Source of the DNA: Malacoraja senta
Lineage: Eukaryota
NCBI GenBank assembly: GCA_038087875.1
Contig: JAXLNO010000056.1
Coordinates: 1 to 38,908, forward strand
Direction of reading: 5' to 3'
Length of the DNA: 38,908 bases
The position numbers were made by a program, and so were the translations under genes. How positions within the stretch are numbered: position 1 is the stretch's first letter; every line of letters begins with the position of its first letter. This document shows, one piece after another, positions 34,447 to 38,908 of the stretch. The notes beneath the pieces are model-generated. The model was given only the letters and a program-made list of their open reading frames with translations, made no database searches and had not been told where the DNA came from.

Positions 34447-35223
34447 CTCTGTAAGTTGGAGGAAGCGAGATGGTCACATCTCTCTGAGCTCTGAATAACA
34501 TTGAACACATGTCTACTCAACTGTGAGTGCCCTTAATGTGGTTTGAAAATGAAAATATGGTTGGTTTGAAGTAAAAAAGGCACTGCAAATGGTTGTTTGG
34601 TTTGAAGTAAAAAGGCACTGCAAAGGGTTGTTTGGGTTGAAGTAAAAATGCACTGCAAATGGTTGTTTGGGTTGAAGTAAAAAGGCACTGCAAATGGTTG
34701 TTTGGGTTGAAGTAAAAAGGCACTGCAAATGGTTGTTTGGGTTGAAGTAAAAAGGCACTGCAAATGGTTGTTTGGGTTGAAGTAAAAAGGCACAGCAAAT
34801 GGTTGTTTGAGTTGAAGTAAAAAGGCACAGCAAATGGTTGTTTGGGTTGAAGTAAAAAGGCACTGCAAAGGGTTGTTTGGGTTGAAGTATGAAGGCACTG
34901 CAAAGGGTTGTTTGGGGGGGGGGGGTTGGGTGGAAGTAAAAAGGCACTGCAAAGGGTTGTTGGAGGGTTTTGGGTTGAAGTAAAAAGGCACTGCAAATGG
35001 GTTGTTTGGTAGGGGGGTTGGGTTGAAGTGAAAAGGCACGGCAAAGGGTTGTTTGGGGGGGGTTTGGGTTGAAGTGAAAAGGCACTGCAAAGGGTTGTTT
35101 GGGGGGGGGTTGGGTTGAAGTGAAAAAGCACTGCAAAGGGTTGTTTGGGGGGTTTGGGGGTTGAAGTGAAAAGGCACTCCAAATGGTTGTTTGGGTTGAA
35201 GTAAAAAGGCACTGCAAAGGGTT

Positions 35224-36744
35224 AAATGTGTTAAAGAAGGAACTGCAGATGCTGGAAAATCGAAGGTACACAAAAATGCTGGAGAAACTCAGCGGGTGCA
35301 GCAGCATCTATGGAGCGAAGGAAATAGGCAACGTTTCGGGCCGAAACCCTTCTTCAGACTGATAGGGGGTGGGGAGAAGAAAGGAAAAAAGGAAAAAGGC
35401 GGAGGAGGAGCCCGAGGGCTGGGGAGGGGAGGAGACAACCAGAGGGCTGATGAAGGGGAGGGGACAGCAAGGGCTAACAGAATTGGGAGAATTCAATGTT
35501 CAAGCCCCCAGGATGTAGACTGCCCAAGCGGAATATGAGGTGCATTTCCTACAATTTATGGTGTTGCTCGCTGTGGCCATGGAGGAGACCCAGGATAGAG
35601 AGGTCAGATATGGAATGGGAGGGGGAGTTGAAGTGCTGAGCCACCGGGAGGTCAAGTTGGTTATTGCAGACCGACCGGAGGTGTTCGGCGAAACGATCGC
35701 CAAGCCTCTGCTTGGTCTCACCGATGTAGATCAGCTGGCATCTAGAGCAGCAGATGCAATAGATGAGGTTGGAGGAGATGCAGGTGAACCTCTGTCGCAC
35801 CTGGAATGACTGCTTGGGTCCTTGAATGGAGTCGAGGGGGGAGGTGAAGGGACAAGTGTTGCATCTCTTGCGGTTGCAAAGGAAAGTACCAGGGGAGGGG
35901 GTGGTATGGGAGGGAAGGGAAGAATTGACAAGGGAGTTACGGAGGGAGCGGTCTTTGCGGAAGGCAGACATGGGGGGGAGATGGGGAAGAAGTGGCGAGT
36001 GGTGGGGTCACGTTGGAGGTGGCGAAACTGACGGAGGATCACTTGTTGTATGTGACAGCTGGTGGGGTGAAAGGTGAGGACTAGGGGGACTCTGCCCTTG
36101 TTGTGAGTGGGGGGATGGGGAGAGAGAGCAGTGTTGCGGGGTATGGCAGAGACCCTGGTGCGAGCCTCATCTATGGTGGAGGAGGGGAACCCCCGTTCCC
36201 TGAAGAATGAGGACATTTCAGATGCCCTGGTGTGGAACGCCTCATCCTGGGAGCAGATGCGGCGTAGACGGAGGAATTGGGAGTGGGGGATGGAGTCCTT
36301 ACAGGAAGCAGGGTGGGAAGAAGTGTAGTCCAGATAGCCATGGGAGTCGGTGGGTTTGTAGTGGATGTCGGTAAGGAGTCTATCACCTTCGATGGAGATA
36401 GTGAGGTCAAGGAATGGTTGGGAAGTGTCGGAAATGGTCCAGGTGTATTTGAGTGCCGGATGGAAGTTGGTGGTGAAGCGGATGAAATCAGTCAGTTGTG
36501 TGTGGGTGCAGGATGTGGCACCAAAACAATCATCGATGTAGCGGAGGTAGAGGTCGGGGATGGGGCCCTCGTACGCATTGAACAAGGATTGTTCTACGTA
36601 CCCGACAAAGAGGCAGGCGTAGCTGGGGCCCATGCGTGTGCCCATAGCTACGCCTTGTATTTGGAGGAAATGGGAGGAGTCAAATGAAAAGTTATTAAGT
36701 GTAAGGACCAGCTCCGCTAGGCGGAGGAGGGTGTCAGTGGCCGA
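35224..36744 (-). mobile_element. Penelope-like retroelement, 5'-truncated (RT + GIY-YIG endonuclease + hammerhead-bearing 3' end)
   Basis: RT motifs QIQGVAMGTRMGPSYA.LF, YLRYIDDCF, FLDL, YKPTDSH.YL, SQFLRLRRICS. After a frameshift ~35975: CNRKRCNTC and NLIYCICCSRCQLIYIGETKQRLGDRFAEH (GIY-YIG). Confidence 0.93.
35324..35362 (-). ncRNA. Minimal type-I hammerhead ribozyme motif of the Penelope element
   Basis: Minus strand CAGT-CTGAAGA-A-GGGT-TTCG-GCCC-GAAA-CG-TT-GCC: stem II closed by a UUCG loop, palindromic AACGTT at stem III. Confidence 0.75.
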
Positions 36745-37420
36745 GTTTGGGATGAAGTAAAAAGGCACTGCAAAGGGTTGTTTGGGATGAAGTAAAAAGG
36801 CACTGCAAAGGGTTGTTTGGGTTGAAGTAAAAAGGCACCGCAAAGGGTTGTTTGGTTTTTTTTGGGTGGAAGTGAAAATGCACTGCAAAGGGTTGTTTGG
36901 GGGGGGGGGTTTGGGTTGAAGTGCAAAGGCACGGCAAAGGGTTGTTTGGGGGGGTTTTGGGGTTGAAATGAAAAGGCACTGCAAAGGGTTGTTTGCGGTT
37001 TTTTGGGTTGAAGTGAAAAGGCACTGCAAAGGGTTGTTTGGGGGGGGGGTTTGGGGTTTAAGTGAAAAGGCACTGCAAAGGGTTGTTTGGGGGGGATTTT
37101 GGGTTGAAGTGAAAAGGCACTGCAAAGGGTTGTTTGGGGGGGGGGGTGGGTTGAAGTGAAAAAGCACTGCAAAGGATTGTTTGGGGGGGTTTGGGTTGAA
37201 GTGAAAAGGCACTGCAAAGGGTTGTTTGGGGGGTTTGGGTTGAAGTGAAAAGGCACTGCAAAGGTTGTTTGTCTAAACTTGACAACTTCCTGCTTGCACC
37301 TTATTGATTTTAGGTAAAATGCTACCACTTACGGCTGTGATTTTTGGCCATCTTACTCAGCCCCCTCCGCTCAACAGGTGCAGAGGATTCTTCCCATCAA
37401 TGAAAAATAAAAGTGTTATT

Positions 37421-37636
37421 TGTAAAGGAGCTGAGTCTGACTCACTTGTAGCTTTACTTAACGGTTAATAATAAGACAGGTTAAACACTTTCCAGCACTG
37501 ACTGCACCCAGTCTATCATCATGCTGGAACCAAGGGAGGAGCACACAGGAGATAGAGTTCTTATACTTGATAACTAAGGCGTGGTTAGTGGTACTGAGGT
37601 AGCTATATTATTGGTTGCATGCATAAACCATCTACA
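37421..37636 (-). mobile_element. Gypsy 3' LTR (216 bp)
   Basis: Minus strand starts TGTAGATG and ends CTTTACA; directly preceded by polypurine tract AAGGGGAAGGA (37637-37647). Confidence 0.88.
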
Positions 37637-37704
37637 TCCTTCCCCTTAGAATCAAATGCACATGGAGGCAATCAGGATAGTGCTATTACAATAAACGTGC
37701 GAAT

Positions 37705-38908
37705 TTAGACAAAGTCGCCGTAACGAACAGGCGGCTTAACAATGCGACCCGAACGCATACGTACAGCACCTTCCCCCCTCCCATCAGAAAGAAGAGAAGC
37801 CGTAGCGGAGGCAGGCTGGAAAGTCAAGGGAGGGGGAGATGCAGCCAGAGCGGGAGCGGGAGAGATAGGAGGGGAAGGACGTGCAGGAGATGACAGCGAC
37901 CGGCCAAGACCAGGAGGCAGCGAAACAGGAGACCGCAATAAGCGAGGGGAATGGGGCATGCATGGAGCAGCAGGGTGATCAGCGGCAGCAGGTGGAAACG
38001 ACAACGGAGGAGCATAAGGAGTCGCAGGAGGAGGCTTTGGCTCGTTGACGGCCAACAGGTGCTGACGGCTGCGTCGGTAGGTAGTCCCTTCGTAATCCAC
38101 CAGGTACGATCTTGGAGAGTCGTCCACGCCAGTCACCGTCGCGAGGTGGGAATAGCCGGTGGTGGTCCGCATCCGAACGACCTGCCCGGGTAGCAGAGGC
38201 AGCAGAGGGCGGCAGGACCTGTCGTGGGAACCCCGTTGAACTTCATGTTTACGATCGATATGTCCTTGGACTGTGGCAGGATCGAACACTTTGGGTATCA
38301 GGGACTGCTGGGCGATGGGCATGGGTTGTCTTGTCACTCTGGACATCAGACGTTGGGCAGGGGAACCCATAAGCGGGTCCCGTGAAACGTTACGTATGTT
38401 AAGTAAGTCCAGGTAAATGTCGCTGTTTGACAGGCGGGACTGCTCCAACAGGCCCTTAGCACCCGTTCGGCCAGGCCGTTACTCTGAGGGTACTCCGGGC
38501 TGCTGGTGTAGTGATGGAAGTTCCACCTTGCAGCGAAAGCTTTGAACTCGGCACTTGTGAATTGCGGACCATTGTCGGTCTGTAAGCGGACAGGGACACC
38601 GTGGTCGGAGAAATGCTGACGCATCTTTGCGATGACCCTCCCGGAGGTGGCGGACGGAAGGTGGTGAATGTCGAACCAATTGGAGAATGAGTCCACCAGG
38701 ACGAGAAAGAGCTTACCCCGCCATTCGAATATGTCAGCAGCCAGCGATGACCAAGGCATGGCAGGCGCCGGCTGCTGCAGAAGAGGTTGACGCTGCTGGT
38801 GTGGGGTAAGGTTGTTGCAGGAGGCACAGGAGGACACCCGGTTCCTGATGTAGTTGGCCATGCCAGGCCAGTAGAACTGTCCTTGGGCATGAGAAACAGT
38901 GGCCTCGA
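37705..38908 (-). pseudogene. Ty3/Gypsy integrase (pol 3' end), frameshift ~38450; element continues beyond the window
   Basis: CASC zinc finger end, PWSSLAADIF, LVLVDSFS.W, LQTDNGPQFTS.EF, PQSNGLAER; SPAQRLM.R, PGQVVR, RSYLV, RRSRQHL; C-terminal RSGRIVKPP.RY. Confidence 0.92.

Larger units (their letters stand above)
34540..37270 (+). repeat. 35-bp minisatellite (34540-35223 and 36745-37270) with variable G-tract expansions
   Basis: Unit GGGTTGAAGTAAAAAGGCACTGCAAATGGTTGTTT; many units carry extra G-runs between TGTTT and GGGTTG. Confidence 0.95.
34178..37420 (+). mobile_element. Probable non-autonomous Helitron (5' part), interrupted by Penelope and Gypsy
   Basis: Begins A|TCTATATTCCTAAAA (Helitron-like 5' TC after A); ~150-bp diverged direct repeats (34191-34355 and 37270-37420) flank a minisatellite. 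The 3' CTRR end is not in the window. Confidence 0.55.

Noticed and set aside
34513..35307. Long ORFs in all three minus frames (QPKQPFAVPF... repeats)
   Set aside because: Artefact of a stop-free 35-bp tandem repeat.
34540..37270. CRISPR-like array (constant ~25-bp core with variable linkers)
   Set aside because: Linkers are G/T homopolymer runs rather than unique spacers; there are no cas genes; the context is a vertebrate repeat landscape.

Overview
Eukaryotic, transposon-saturated intronic or intergenic DNA. The repeat set (HE1/V-SINE-like tRNA SINEs with (TAAAC)n tails, HER1/CR1 LINEs, DeuSINE-like remnants) points to a cartilaginous fish, probably a skate or ray (inference). No host protein-coding gene can be supported, apart from two weak minus-strand exon candidates. 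Main contents: (1) a structurally complete but frameshifted DIRS tyrosine-recombinase retrotransposon (2845-7725) with ITRs, an internal complementary region, gag, RT-RNase H-methyltransferase-like pol and a YR; (2) a near full-length CR1 LINE (14856-~21580, minus) with nested Rex1/Babar, Harbinger MITE and Penelope-derived inserts; (3) a 5'-truncated Penelope-like element (RT + GIY-YIG) inserted into a 35-bp minisatellite inside a probable non-autonomous Helitron; (4) the 3' end of a Gypsy LTR element; (5) Rex1/Babar, L1 and old CR1/L2 fragments; (6) four Harbinger-type MITEs that share TIRs but have different CpG-rich interiors. The most striking non-coding signal is about a dozen short Penelope-3'-end-derived elements, each carrying a minimal type-I hammerhead ribozyme core (CTGAAGA-A-stem II-GAAACGTC). 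Some occur as tandem or inverted pairs, and a cognate coding Penelope copy lies in the same window. All family assignments come from motif recognition by eye; no database search was run.
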